Shown piece by piece: positions 13,301 through 25,200 of a stretch of DNA of 64,000 bases. Within the stretch, counting starts at the first letter, position 1. Each line of letters opens with the position of its first letter. The stretch comes from Selaginella moellendorffii (Eukaryota > Plantae > Lycopodiophyta), in NCBI RefSeq assembly GCF_000143415.4, contig NW_003314271.1:1322204-1386203 (forward strand), written 5' to 3'. Below the pieces are notes generated by a model. It was not told where the DNA came from and made no database searches. It saw only the letters and a program-made list of their open reading frames with translations. Made by a program: the position numbers and the translations under genes.

Positions 13301-14843
13301 CCGGGAGTCATTTTGGTCTTGTTGAAGACAACCTCACCACGTAGAAGAGCATTAGCCATTGTCAGAGGTCGTCGTCGTCTAGAGATCGCGAGAAACGCAA
13401 GGCATTGAGCTTCAAATCATTGGGCTTCCGGCCATCCTCCACACCCATTGAGTTTGGCAACTCCCCGTCATGGTACCTCCTCAGCACATCTACCCATTTG
13501 TCAAAAACAACTTTTATCGCGAGTAGAATGTTATGGATGCTGAGTGTGTCATTGACCCCCAGTGTTTTCGAGAGAAGACTCGAGAATTCCTGCAATGGAA
13601 ATGGCGTGAGGCCACATGCTATGCCACATACAACGAGGCTTACCTGCCAGGTGCTAGTTGCTAGTGCACGTCCTTGTCCTGGTTTTTGTGGCTTCTTCAG
13701 TTGAACCCAGAGCTTCCGTGTTCGTGCCAATGTCTCGTGCAGACCCGATTTGTAGCACGTTTCTTGCTTGACATTCTGCGCGTGGGAGATGTATATGATA
13801 GATCGGAGGGGCGAGTTGCCTTTTATCAAGCGGACAACTCTTGTCTTGAAGACTTTCTTCACCTCCTCGCCCACCATAATATCCACAACTATCTCTTGCA
13901 TCGCCAAGCTAGAATGCTGCCCGGAGACGGCATAGAACCGGATGTTCTGATCGTCCAACACCTTCCTATTGATCAAGTCTGGAAACCTCATCTCGCCCTT
14001 CATTTTTTGGTAGTAGGGGATCACGTCTGCGATGTCGGGTGTTACTGGACTTGCCAGCATCTTCTACTTCAATTTCTCCACCCACTCATCAGATACTAGC
14101 CTGTGGTTGTATTTGCTTTGGATGTCGATACGGCTCACGTCGATTGTATATACTTTGTTGGAATAGTAACAAGTACTATTATCTGCGACGATTTTTGCTG
14201 CCTCTTCTTGCTCTTTCTGCTCTTTGCGGCTCTTCTTTTTGGTGGGTGTAGTGTTCGAACCCGAGGCAATGGCATCACTGAGTAGCTTCTTTTTTGGAGC
14301 AGGAGAGTCGGACGTCGGCTTGAGCTTGACCACAATTTTCTGCTTCGAGGTAGTTTCCAGATCGACCCCCTTCCCCTTTGCTTCGCGAATTGGAGTCACT
14401 CTCAACGGCTCAATGTTGGAATATAGTTTTTGAACATCGCCGTAGGTGAGGTCCGTGGATTCCATGTGATCTTCATAGACCCGCAGCGTCTTTGAAATTG
14501 TGGGCCTCCTGGACAACCTCTCCCTAGCTCCCTCTAGGAATTCCTCATAGCCGCTGCCCCCCTCCGGGAAGCCGCTAGGATGTGCAAGGTGGATCTTGAA
14601 GGCAGACGCTGTCTCTACCACAAGTGCCAGTCCATATTCTTGCATGGAATTGCATGGAGTGTCTGTCACTTGGATGAGGATCCCCATGCATTCTTTTCTC
14701 CCACCATCTGTGTTGTACAGCCTCAGATCCTCGCCTTCCATCCCGAAAGTCCAACTGGTGAGCTCCTCCCCCTTCTCTGCATCCACATTGACAGTGGCTG
14801 GAAGAAGAACGCAATTCCTCGCCTGTTCAGAAATGCACAACAA
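9458..14843 (-). pseudogene. Multi-exon cargo gene: ParB-like + degenerate DNA-methylase-like + acidic/low-complexity + FCP1/NIF HAD-phosphatase-like (this copy disrupted)
   Basis: ORFs 14064-14843, 13362-14060, 12250-13359, 11217-11792, 10336-10974 and 9458-10342 are joined by frame-consistent GT-AG introns (e.g. 13643-13590, 12129-12092, 12001-11953, 11808-11762, 10367-10321). Lesions: TAG at 14064-14066, frameshift ~13362, 694-bp deletion at ~11912. The 5' end is uncertain. Confidence 0.65.
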
Positions 14844-15736
14844 TTAGAGCTGACAGATGAAAAGATAGTAGCTGGAAATAACGTGAGGCCACACGCCATT
14901 CACCACTGCATCAGATGTCTTGAGGCTGCATCCTAAGATGGCGTGAGGCTACACGCCATCTGTAACCGGACTGCACTCGAGAGCCCAATCGGTGCATGCC
15001 AATGTTGCTACTGAATGGCATGTGGCCTCATGCCATTTTCTACTTGGCCTAAAAGACTTACCATTTGAAGCCGAATGGAGGCGTGACAACCGGACTCGCT
15101 GGCGAATGTGCACTGTGTGTGCAGCGGATCGTAGCAGCAAGGCTACTCTGCCACTTACAGTTGGAGAGTGGCGCTGAAATCTCCCGGGACGCCAAGTGGG
15201 CTGCGTATGGGTGGCGGAGTGGGCGGCGGAGTTGGCGGCGAAGTTACAAACTGGGTGTGTCTTGAAGTGGACGCCGATGCACACGAGCGCGATGCGAGCG
15301 CGATGTGAGCGCGAGTGTGATGCAAGCGCGAGTGGACGCCGATGCACACGAGAAACTTGTAGAGAAGTGGGAGCGCGAGTGGGAGCGCGATACGAGCGCG
15401 AGTGTGCGAGCGCGAGTACGAAGCAAAATGCAAAACCTAACCTCACACGCGCGAAATGTCACGACGGTTGGTAATCCCGCCACGTCATCATTTCTCGGAC
15501 TTGGGCGCCACCATTAATTTCTGGATCGGCGCGCGCATGCGTGAAATCCAAAAGAAATCCGCAACGTCATCATTCCTCGGACTGCATGCACGCGAAATCC
15601 AAAAGAAAGATCATGATTGGGATATCATTTAATACCCTCGCTATATTTATACCATGCATGATTGGATATTCCAAAGCATCTTGTATTTCCAAAAATGCCA
15701 GATGTTCAGCTAAATAAATTGTCAGAGGATGACGTT

Positions 15737-17700
15737 CAAGCATGTGGGCTCATGCAATTTTGATCCCAAAAAATGCACCAAAAAATGCTCGGCGTCATCT
15801 GGCGTTATCTCTTGAATGGCGTGGGGCCGCATGCCATTTTCAGGAGCACATAGGAGTATATTCCTAGAATATTCTAATACGCGCGAGATTGTTTTGAGTT
15901 TCCTGGAGATCCAACCGTTAGATCGCAACTAAATTTTACAGAATGGTATACAATGTCCTTCTTGATGACCCTGCAAAGAAGCATCTTGATCGGACACCAC
16001 ATGAGACCACACGAGCCTTACAATGTTTCAGGGGCATTTGCCATAGATCCGACCGTTATTTTGCTCCAAGATTCTACAGTTTGGTGTGCATTGACCTTTC
16101 CATCGACACTGCAAAGGGACATCACAATCAGATGCGGGATCACAAGAAACCAACTTCACTAACTCTGGTTTCACCAAGATCTACGTAAGGAGTTATGAAA
16201 TGAAAGGACCCTCTCTATTGAAATGTGTTTATGGTCCTAGGGGCATTGTGACATATCAAAGGATTTTGCATCAAGTTCTGTATTTGCATGTTTATCAAGC
16301 TACTGAATTGCTAAACCCTAAACCCTAAACCCTAAACATGTGGCAAATGCTGCGTGAAGAAAGATGCCCTTTCTGGGCAAATGCTGTAAGAGGCAGATGC
16401 CGAGCAGATGTATCTCAGGCTAGTGAAGGGGACAAACGAAAGCTAGCAACCAAAGGAATGTAAGCAACCAAAGGAATGTAAGTAGGGCATGTGTTTGTAA
16501 GTTTAAAAATGCCTCAACCACTTAAATTCCCAAGTAAATAAAGCTGTTTCTATTTTTGGTACAGGTAAACTTTATAGCGTGTGGGCTCATGCAATTTTGA
16601 ACCCAAAAATGCACCAAAAAATGCTCGACTAGCATTATTCTTTGAATGGCGTGTGGCTTTATATTGCCATAAATGACACAGCATAATTATTCCTTTACAC
16701 GGCGAATAATCTTGGAGCACATAGGAGTATATTCCTAGAATATTCTGACACGCGCGAGATTGTTTTGAGTTTCCTGGAGATCCAACCGTTAGATCGCAAC
16801 CAGATTTTACAGAATGGTATACAATGTCCTTCTTGATGACCCTGCAAAGAAGCATCTCGATCGTACACCACATGAGACCACACGAGCCTTACAATGTTTC
16901 AGGGGCATTTGCCATAGATCCGACCGTTATTTTGCTCCAAGATTCTACAGTTTGGTGTGCATTGACCTTTCCATCGACACTGCAAAGGGACATCACAATC
17001 AGATGTGGGATCACAAGAAACCAACTTCACTAACTCTGGTTTCACCAAGATCTACGTAAGGAGTTATGAAATGAAAGGACCCTCTCTATTGAAATGTGTT
17101 TATGGTCCTAGGGGCATTGTGACATATCAAAGGATTTTGCATCAAGTTCTGTATTTGCATGTTTATCAAGCTACTGAATTGCTAAACCCTAAACCCTAAA
17201 CCCTAACCCTAAACATGTGGCAAATGTTGCGTGAAGAAAGATGCCCTTTCTGGGCAAATGCTGTAAGAGGCAGATGCCGAGCAGATGTATCTCAGGCTAG
17301 CGAAGGGGACAAACGAAAGCTAGCTATAAACATGACGGGATGCAAATAGATTACTAGGCTGGTCCTGCGAAAATCAAAAACCATAATTGAAAACATTGAA
17401 AATGCAAAAAGAAAGGTTTATAATATTTTTGAATTTTAAGCAACCAAAGGAATGTAAGTAGGGCATGTGTTTGTAAGTTTAAAAATGCCTCAGCCATATA
17501 AATTCCCAAGTAAATAAAGCTGTTTCTATTTTTGGTACAGGTAAACTTTATAGCGTGTGGGCTCATGCAATTTTGAACCCAAAAATGCACCAAAAGATGC
17601 TCGACTAGCATTATTCTTTGAATGGCATGTGGCCTTATATTGCCATAAATGGACGTACACACACAGCATAATTATTCCTTTACACGGCGAATAATCTTGG
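15737..17700. repeat. Internal tandem duplication (~0.85-1 kb units, 2.2 copies) between the divergent genes, each unit with a short (CCCTAAA)n tract
   Basis: ORFs 15943 and 16814 are near-identical at an offset of 871 bp. The block GCRTGTGGGCTCATGCAATTTTGA recurs at ~15740, 16577 and 17553. Telomere-type tracts at 16311-16336 and 17182-17213. Confidence 0.9.
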
Positions 17701-18507
17701 CGCGGATCGCTGACATGGCATGGCAAAGTTCGAATCACTGACATGGCACAGCTGGATTGAGGCAAGGACATGATGTGACAAAGTTCAACCTCCGACAGCA
17801 AAGTCTAGAAGCTACTCAGTTTGAAATTTGTCAGAGGAATCATAAGATCTGGTTTGTCAGAGGATTTGATGTGACGTTCAAGCGTGTGTTATTTTTGAAT
17901 TCTCGAACTCATTCCTAGGTCTATCATTTTTGTGCGCCGTGTTCTTGGTTCCGCTGAGCGCAGTGAGCGCTGCTTGTGTAAGCGGCGTTGTGAGCTGTGG
18001 TTTATGCGTCTACAAGCGGTTGCGGCATTGCGAGCGCCATTGCGAGCGGCAGTTTATGCGAGTGGCAGTTTGTGCGAGCGGCGCTACGAGCAGTTGCGGT
18101 GTTGCGAGCGGCGCTACGAGTAGTTGCGGTGTTGCGAGCGGCACTGTCTTTGGTGTGGCTACCGCTTCCTCTTGATATTCGGCACTTGGGTTCCTGGTAT
18201 GTTCACCATGGAATGGCTTAGGACCACATTTAGAAATGGCATGAGGCCACATGCCATCTTGGGCCCTTGCAATTTCATGGCTAGCGTATTGTCATGTATG
18301 TTTTTACTTGCCTGCAGCTGTGTGTATATCAAGATGGCATGAGGCCTCATGCCAATTTTGTGAATGCGAAATTTCACGTGGGTGTCAATAGCATGTTTGA
18401 ATAATGGCATGTGGCCTCATGCTATTGAGGTTGTTTGGTATGTTATGATTTAGGCCATTCTCCAATCATTTTTTGTATGGTCTTAACTTCTTTTCTACAC
18501 TTTCAGA

Positions 18508-21500
18508 ATGGCCTTCAGGGTTGGGGAAAAGGTTTACATTTTGAATGGTGGGAAGAGAGTTGCAAAAGGGACCCTTGTGTCTATGGATCGGAACTTTGTT
18601 ATACACTGTGAAAGGCTTGGGGAAGGCAATGCTGCTGTATCAGTAGAGACTGTCTTCGATGGGAATGTGGTCGCTATGAACGAGGAGAGATGGTCGTCGG
18701 GGTAAATGTTGTTGTTGCCTTGAAAAATCTTCAGAAGAAAGCAGATGTTGGGGACAGCGCAAGTGCGACGCATGTTCCCTCCGTGGATCTTAAGAACCGT
18801 GCTACATGGATTCAGGCAAAAGTGTTTCTAAACAACCCCGAGGGGGAGGTGGTAGCTGAGGGCTTAGCCACAGTTGTCGATCCAAGAGATGCGGTTGCTA
18901 ATCAAGAATTGGGCTGGGATGATATTGGAGTTGCGATTTTAGAGGTTGTTGACACAGAAGAAAACAGTCTGACTATTGGAAGCATTGTGCAGTGGAAATT
19001 GAGGCATTTAGTGTTTGAGAATGTGAAGGATTCACAATCAAACACCACTACAACTGATGACAGAACATCTCTTCATGGGAAAAGAAAGTACACCTTCCTA
19101 AAGCGCAGCCAAAGGGATCTGAGCAACGAACCGAAAAGGCAGAAAATGGCGATGGAGGTTCGAATGGTCTCGACAGTTGCTTGTTGCAAGAGGAGGTGCT
19201 GTCAACATGCTGATTGGGATGCTATTGAAGAGGAGAGAGCAAGATACAAGACATTGTCCTGGAAGGCAGCTCGCAATTTTGTGTATGAGGCATTACGGTC
19301 ATCTGTTGATGCTTCAGAACATCAGGTGGGGGGCATGGTCTTCCAAAGGGGTTTGGTCTGCATGAAGGCATGGAGAATCATTTATGGAGTCCCTCGAACC
19401 ACATTCTACAGAATCAAAACTGAGTTCGAGGAACAAAGGGTTCAACAGGCAGTCCATGGGAACGACGGTACGCACAAAACCAGGGGTCATGTTGTATATG
19501 GAGAGGCAATCTTCAAGAGGTTTGTCGAGACATGTAGCGAGCAGCAACCACATAAAACCCGCCTCTTGGAAGATGGAACACGAGACACCCAACGAGTTCT
19601 CCCTTCCATGTATACCAAGGGGGCCATATTGGAAGATGTGAATCGGGAATTCCAGAGTAATGGCTACAGGAAGCTGAGCCAATCTAGATTTAGTAGATTG
19701 TGGAGCAACAGGTTTAGGGATGTGAGTATAGGAAAGTACTCCAGCTTTTCAAAGTGTGACGAGTGCACTGCTATCAAAATGGCTTTGTCGAAGAATTCTT
19801 GCAGTGCTCAAGAGCGAGAGACATTGGTTAGAAGGCGGCTCGACCACAACATCGAGCAGAAAAGCTGCAGGACTGCATATTATCATAACAGGATTCTCTC
19901 CATGGAGAGACCTGACTCTTACCTCTGCATCATCCACGACAAAATGGACCAGAAAAAGACATGCTTACCTCGACTCAATCCTGCCCCCAAGGCAATCTCT
20001 TCATCCATGCAGCTGCCTGTGTCTCTGTTTGGCATAATCGCTCATGGGCATGGTGCCCAGAACTATGGGAACTTCTTTGTACCTCTATGGGGTGGCGGGG
20101 GTGCAAACATGATGATTGCGTCCCTAGCAAAACACTTAAGGTCTCTGCAAAGTGCGCAGACTGAGCTGAACGGCCAACCCTTGCATAAGGCCCTTGTCGA
20201 TCGAACCCCATACAGGGTTCAGCTGGAGGAGGAGCAAAGGCTTGCAGTATCGCGTGGGGCCCCATGCCATCCCAGTGAATATGTTGGCCGTCAGATTGTA
20301 GGGTTATCACGTGAGGCCTCATGCCATTCCGACGAGGCTGGTTGCCCGGTGAATGCACAGCCTCATCCAAACGAAGCAGAATCTCAAGGAAGTTCTTGCG
20401 GCCGATGTGGCCTTCCACCCCATCTTCTGCTCCAAACAGACAATGCTGGCAGTGAGAACAAAAACATGTACATCTTCGCGTACTTGGCGATGCTTGTTGC
20501 CAAAGGCATATTTGAAACGGTTACACTTGGCTTTCTCATGGTTGGGCACACTCATGAAGACGTGGATGCCATGTTCAGTCACCTGGCAGAGTCCCTCCGG
20601 CGATCCAATGTCCTCACCCTCCCACAACTCTACGATGAATTCCAAAATTGCATCAAAGGCACTGTTGAAGCTGCATTTGTGACAGAGGTTCCAGACTTTA
20701 AGGGGTTTGTAAGAGGCTACATCAGGGACGGATCCGAAACGCTGATTGGCCACTCCAAGCCTCTTCAGTTTCATTTCAGCATGCGTGACGGTGCTCCAGT
20801 GATGAGGTACAAGATGAGAGAATGGGACATAGTGTGGCTACCAGTGGACGGCATTGAACTCTTCAAGAGAGATCCCATAACTGGGGAACCTATGATTCCT
20901 CAGGGTTCCCCACGGCCGATGCACCCGGATGGACTCAAAGACCAGGAAAGTATAGTGGCCGGGATTAGACAGCATATTGCCTTCTGGAAGAGGGGGTTGG
21001 TGTTTGGTGGAGAATCCTATTTTAAGAGGTGCAAGCCTTTGCTCGAATACTGGGAGAAGATTATATCTGCTATCCAAAATGGGCCGGTTGTATATGAAGA
21101 ATTGGAAGAGTCCTTTTGGCCAGAACCCAGAGCACCAGATAGTAGCGGAACAATGTCCTCTGGAAATGCAGTGACAGATAACGATGTTGAGGATCACTAT
21201 TGTGGGCCGAGGAACAAGAAGCCGGATTCAGCATTCAATCCAGTACAAGTCTGCAAAGGAATGGTCGTGCTTGTCAGACCCAGTAATAAAAAACAAATGA
21301 TATGGGTGGGGCGCTGCATCACTGATGCAGAGGAGGACGCGGAAACTAACTCCTTCAATGTAACTGTGGAGTGGTTCAAGCCAAGTTCTGGATATACGAA
21401 GGATTGCCTAGAAAAGAGATGGGTGCTGAATCCAAGGGATCCCAGCATGAGCATATCGGTGGATAATGTTGTGCATGGTTGGATGCGGAAGCAGAGTGCC

Positions 21501-21645
21501 ACCATCACCTTGCCAGACCATGCAAGAGATGCAGCAAGAGCATTCATAACCCGGGTTCAAGGTGAGATTTAATATTCCTTTACTAAGTTTCTAATGTATT
21601 TTATTTCAAGGTGAACAATCCGAATCTGAATCAGAGGAGGCGTGA
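18508..21645 (+). CDS. Sola-like DDD/E transposase
   Basis: 960-aa ORF 18690-21572 with CCKRRCC, FSKCDEC, LCIIHDKMDQ and LLLQTDNAGSENKN...GFLMVGHTHEDVDAMFS. The upstream part 18508-18688 is joined by an apparent 1-nt frameshift. Probable 49-nt intron 21562-21610 and last exon GEQSESESEEA*. Confidence 0.8.
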
Positions 21646-22264
21646 TGGCATGTGGCCCTTTGCACTAGTATATCTTAATACTGGTCTGAGAAATAGAATG
21701 GCATGTGCCCTCAGGCCTTTTACTAAATCACCTTTGAAAGAAATGCAAGCCTCTATGTCGTAAAAAAAAGGTACTAGAGAAATTCCTTAATAATATGAAT
21801 GTTATTTAGTTTCATGAAAATACACTAAGGGTCAAATGAGTTAAATGACTTCTCCAGACTAGCAATGCCTCTTGCTACACCTTCACAATTAGATTCGTTA
21901 GAAAAAGATAACATTGAATAATATCTAAATGTTCTCACCATTAAGTTATATGTCTGGCTAATAGGAATGACGTTCATCTTGGAAAGCTCACCACACGCTC
22001 AATGAACAAACAAATAGTGTGTGCGCGCATGCCATCGCTCTTCTTTAGCTTCAGATTCGGCTTGTTCACCTTGACAATGAGATTTATTATACAACCAGAT
22101 GGACTCAGTCTGGACACAAAGTCACCGCGCTAGTCACCATGCCCCAGATATGTCTAGCCCCTGGACAAAAAACATATAATTTCACGTCATTTTCAAATAC
22201 TTGAAAATTTGTACCTAGTCCCATTTTACTGAATAAATCCCACTTTAACGAAATAGAGCTTAAG

Positions 22265-25200
22265 TTGGCAATGGCGTCAACCATCTATATGGCAGATGCT
22301 TCCCCATGCAATGCGATTGACACTGTTGGAGGTGAGTCAGGTAGCCTGAGACATCTCTCAGCTTCACTCTCTTTATTTGAGAGTAAGGCCGAGCCTCTAG
22401 ACAGGCCCTCTTTATTTGAGGGCGGGGCTTATAGGGTACAGGCTCCCATATCCAGCTTTTCAGAGTGTTTCTCGATAGACGAAGGGCTCCTCGATTCGTT
22501 TCTTGCATGGGGCCAACTCTCTCTTATGGAGCTTGATGACACAGTCACCCCAGACCGAGTCCATCTTTCACAAGACACAGCTGCACTCAATTCTCCTCAG
22601 CAACTATCTGAGGTGTTACACAGCCAGCATCTTTCTACTGAAATCACGGTAGCTGACGACTCCAAGGGTATTTTGTCATGCTGTTTTTTGGAGATGGAAG
22701 ATGACATCCAGTCACACAACTGGCAGGAAGAATCAAGAAAATAGGACGTGCTGCATGCAAGTTATAGCTCTTTGAGTTCAGAACTTCCTACCATGGAGCC
22801 CCCAGTACAGATCCAAGGGTATTACACTGAAACTTTAGCACCAGACTTGGACTGGACGTCGGTGGAGGATCTCCCTTCACTTGTAGAGTACCTGGCTGCA
22901 GTCCTTGCATTGGACATCGAGCGCTCAGAGCATCAGAAGCAACGAGAACAACAAACAAAGACTCCCGATCCAACAGCAACGTTCTTATCAGACTCACCAG
23001 AGACAGTCTTGCCGGATGTGGTGTCCCCAGCATCTTTATTTGAGGAAGAGGACACTCCTATGATTACAGCTTATTTTGACGGTGCTTTCTGCCCCAAAAA
23101 CCAGGTTGCTGGCATAGGAGTTTGGATGATTGATCCTGCGGAGAACAAAGTAGCCGACCTCTCTATCACTTTGCCAGCAACATCAGCTAATGAAGCAGAG
23201 TACTTTGCAGCCATAAGTGCCATGAAGCTGGCCACAGATCTCAAATTTAGGGGAGTCACTTTCGTTGGAGATGCGCAACTCATCATACACCAACTTACTG
23301 GGGAATACCAAGTCCGCAAAGAGAACCTGAAAGAGCTATGGCAGCGGGCGGTCAACCTAAAGGATGAGTTCTCTGAGGTGTCTTTTCAAAGTGTCCCCCG
23401 TGAAGAAAACTTTTGGGCAGACAGGTTATCACACCAAGCAATCACCACAATGCGAGAAGCTAAAGGCACTCCCTGCTCTTCGGTTTCCAGGGTTAGGGAA
23501 GAATCAAAGATAGAGCCTCCTGAAACCAAGGTTTCTCCAGACTCCAGGGTTCATGCCGTTTTCCTAGGTGATGACAAGGACCCAGTCTTTATCGCCACAT
23601 CGCTTGCTTCAACAAACGCAGCAAAGCGCTTAGATCTCCTTCACGATTTCAAGGACGTGTTTGCTTGGGACTACAATCAACTTCTAGGAGTTCCCATGGA
23701 CACAATCATGCACAGTATTGTGCTTTTAGAGTCAGCCAAACCAGTCCGTCAAAAGATGCGGCGTTTCAGCCCGACAGCTCACTCCGAGATGAAGTTGGAG
23801 ATTGAGCGACTACTAGCCGCTGGCTTTATTTACCCTTTGGAGAGCTCAGAGTGGGTGGCCAATCTCATCCCTGCACGCAAGGCAAATGGAAAACTCTGCC
23901 TCTGTGTTGACTTTCGAGACTTGACCAAGGCAACTGCGAAAGATCACTTTCCAACTCCGTTTATCGATGCGATTGTGGATGAGATGGCTGGCCACCAGTA
24001 CTACTCTTTCATGGATGGCTTTTCAGGGTACAACCAGATTTTCATTCATCCAGATCATCGAGATCTTACGGCCTTCCGGACACCTTGGGGCGTCTTTGCT
24101 TTCAATGTCCTCCTGTTTGGCTTGTGTAATGCCGGAGCTACTTTTCAGCGCTTTATGACCCATGCCTTTCATGACTTGATTGGAGGCACCTTGAGGGTGT
24201 ATATGGATGATCTGTGCACGACCTCTAACTCCTTTGAGGAACACCTTATGCACTTGGAACAGATTTTCACTTGCTGCCGACAACACAGGTTTTCATTGAA
24301 CCCGGCAAAGTGTAAATTCGGGGTAACCGATGGCCGGTTTTGATGTCTCTCAGGATGGGATCAGACCCCAGGTAGCCAAGACTCAAGAGATTCTAGATCG
24401 GAACCCACCAACCAACTTGAAGCAGCTTCGCAGCTTCCTTGGGCAAACAGGTTTCTTTTGCCGTTTCCTCCACAACTATGCCGCACATTCACGGCCCCTG
24501 GTAGCTTTGCTACAACACAGTGTTCCATTTATCTGGGGTGAGTCCCAACAACAAGCCTTTGAATCACTACAGCAGTCACTCCGTACGGTCCCAGTACTCC
24601 AACCACCAGAACGACAACTCCCTTTTGACATTTACATCACAACGGGTACAGAGGCTTTTGGAGTATGCCATTGCCAATGTTCACAGCCTGGTAAGCCACC
24701 ACATGCAACATATTATGCCTCACATTCGTTCAAGGAGACTGAAAAGAAATATGTGGATGCGGAAAAAGAAGCAGTGGCTGTTGTTTACACTTTGGAGCGA
24801 TTCCGTCACTTTCTCGCTGGAGCCCATATCCATTTCCATGTCTATTTAATGTGCTGACCTTTCTTTTACAGCGACCGGTTCACAGTCCTCGTACTTTATC
24901 TTGGATTGTGACCATCCAAGACTTCCAACCAACTTTTCACATGCGGCGGAAGCATGTGATAGATCCGAGAGAGTTCCTGGTTGCTAAGGCTACCTCCTTT
25001 GTGGTCCCAGCAGCATTACAGGATGTTGCGGTGTACCTGGATTCAGGTCAGTTCCCAGCAGATTCCTCACCAGTACAACAAAAGGCATTGGAGATCCAAG
25101 CACGGGGGTTTTGCCTTCTTGATGGACACCTTTACAGGAGGACTTCTCAGGAAGTTTTGTTGCGATGTGTGGGGGAACACGAGGTCCCTGAGCTCCTTCA

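Larger units (their letters stand above)
9016..22261 (+). mobile_element. 13.2-kb TIR DNA transposon, Sola-like, with a cargo gene
   Basis: Perfect 24-bp TIR AAGCTCTATTTCGTTAAAGTGGGA (9016-9039 / 22238-22261); 4-bp TSD AAGT (9012-9015, 22262-22265). Removing the element restores the pol frame EVFPK|LAMAST. Contains a transposase ORF. Confidence 0.93.

Noticed and set aside
12250-13359. Active DNA methyltransferase
   Set aside because: No DPPY/SPPY or FxGxG motif; at most an inactive fold.
14949-15517. Arg/Ala-rich ORFs on both strands (also 17930-18252)
   Set aside because: By-products of CpG-rich repeats in the presumed promoter region.
16311-16336. Chromosome end or telomere fusion
   Set aside because: Only 3-4 units, inside a transposon duplication.
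9402-22035. Palindromes as a CRISPR array or MITE family
   Set aside because: Spacing is irregular, some copies are in exons, there are no TSDs and no cas genes, and the context is eukaryotic.
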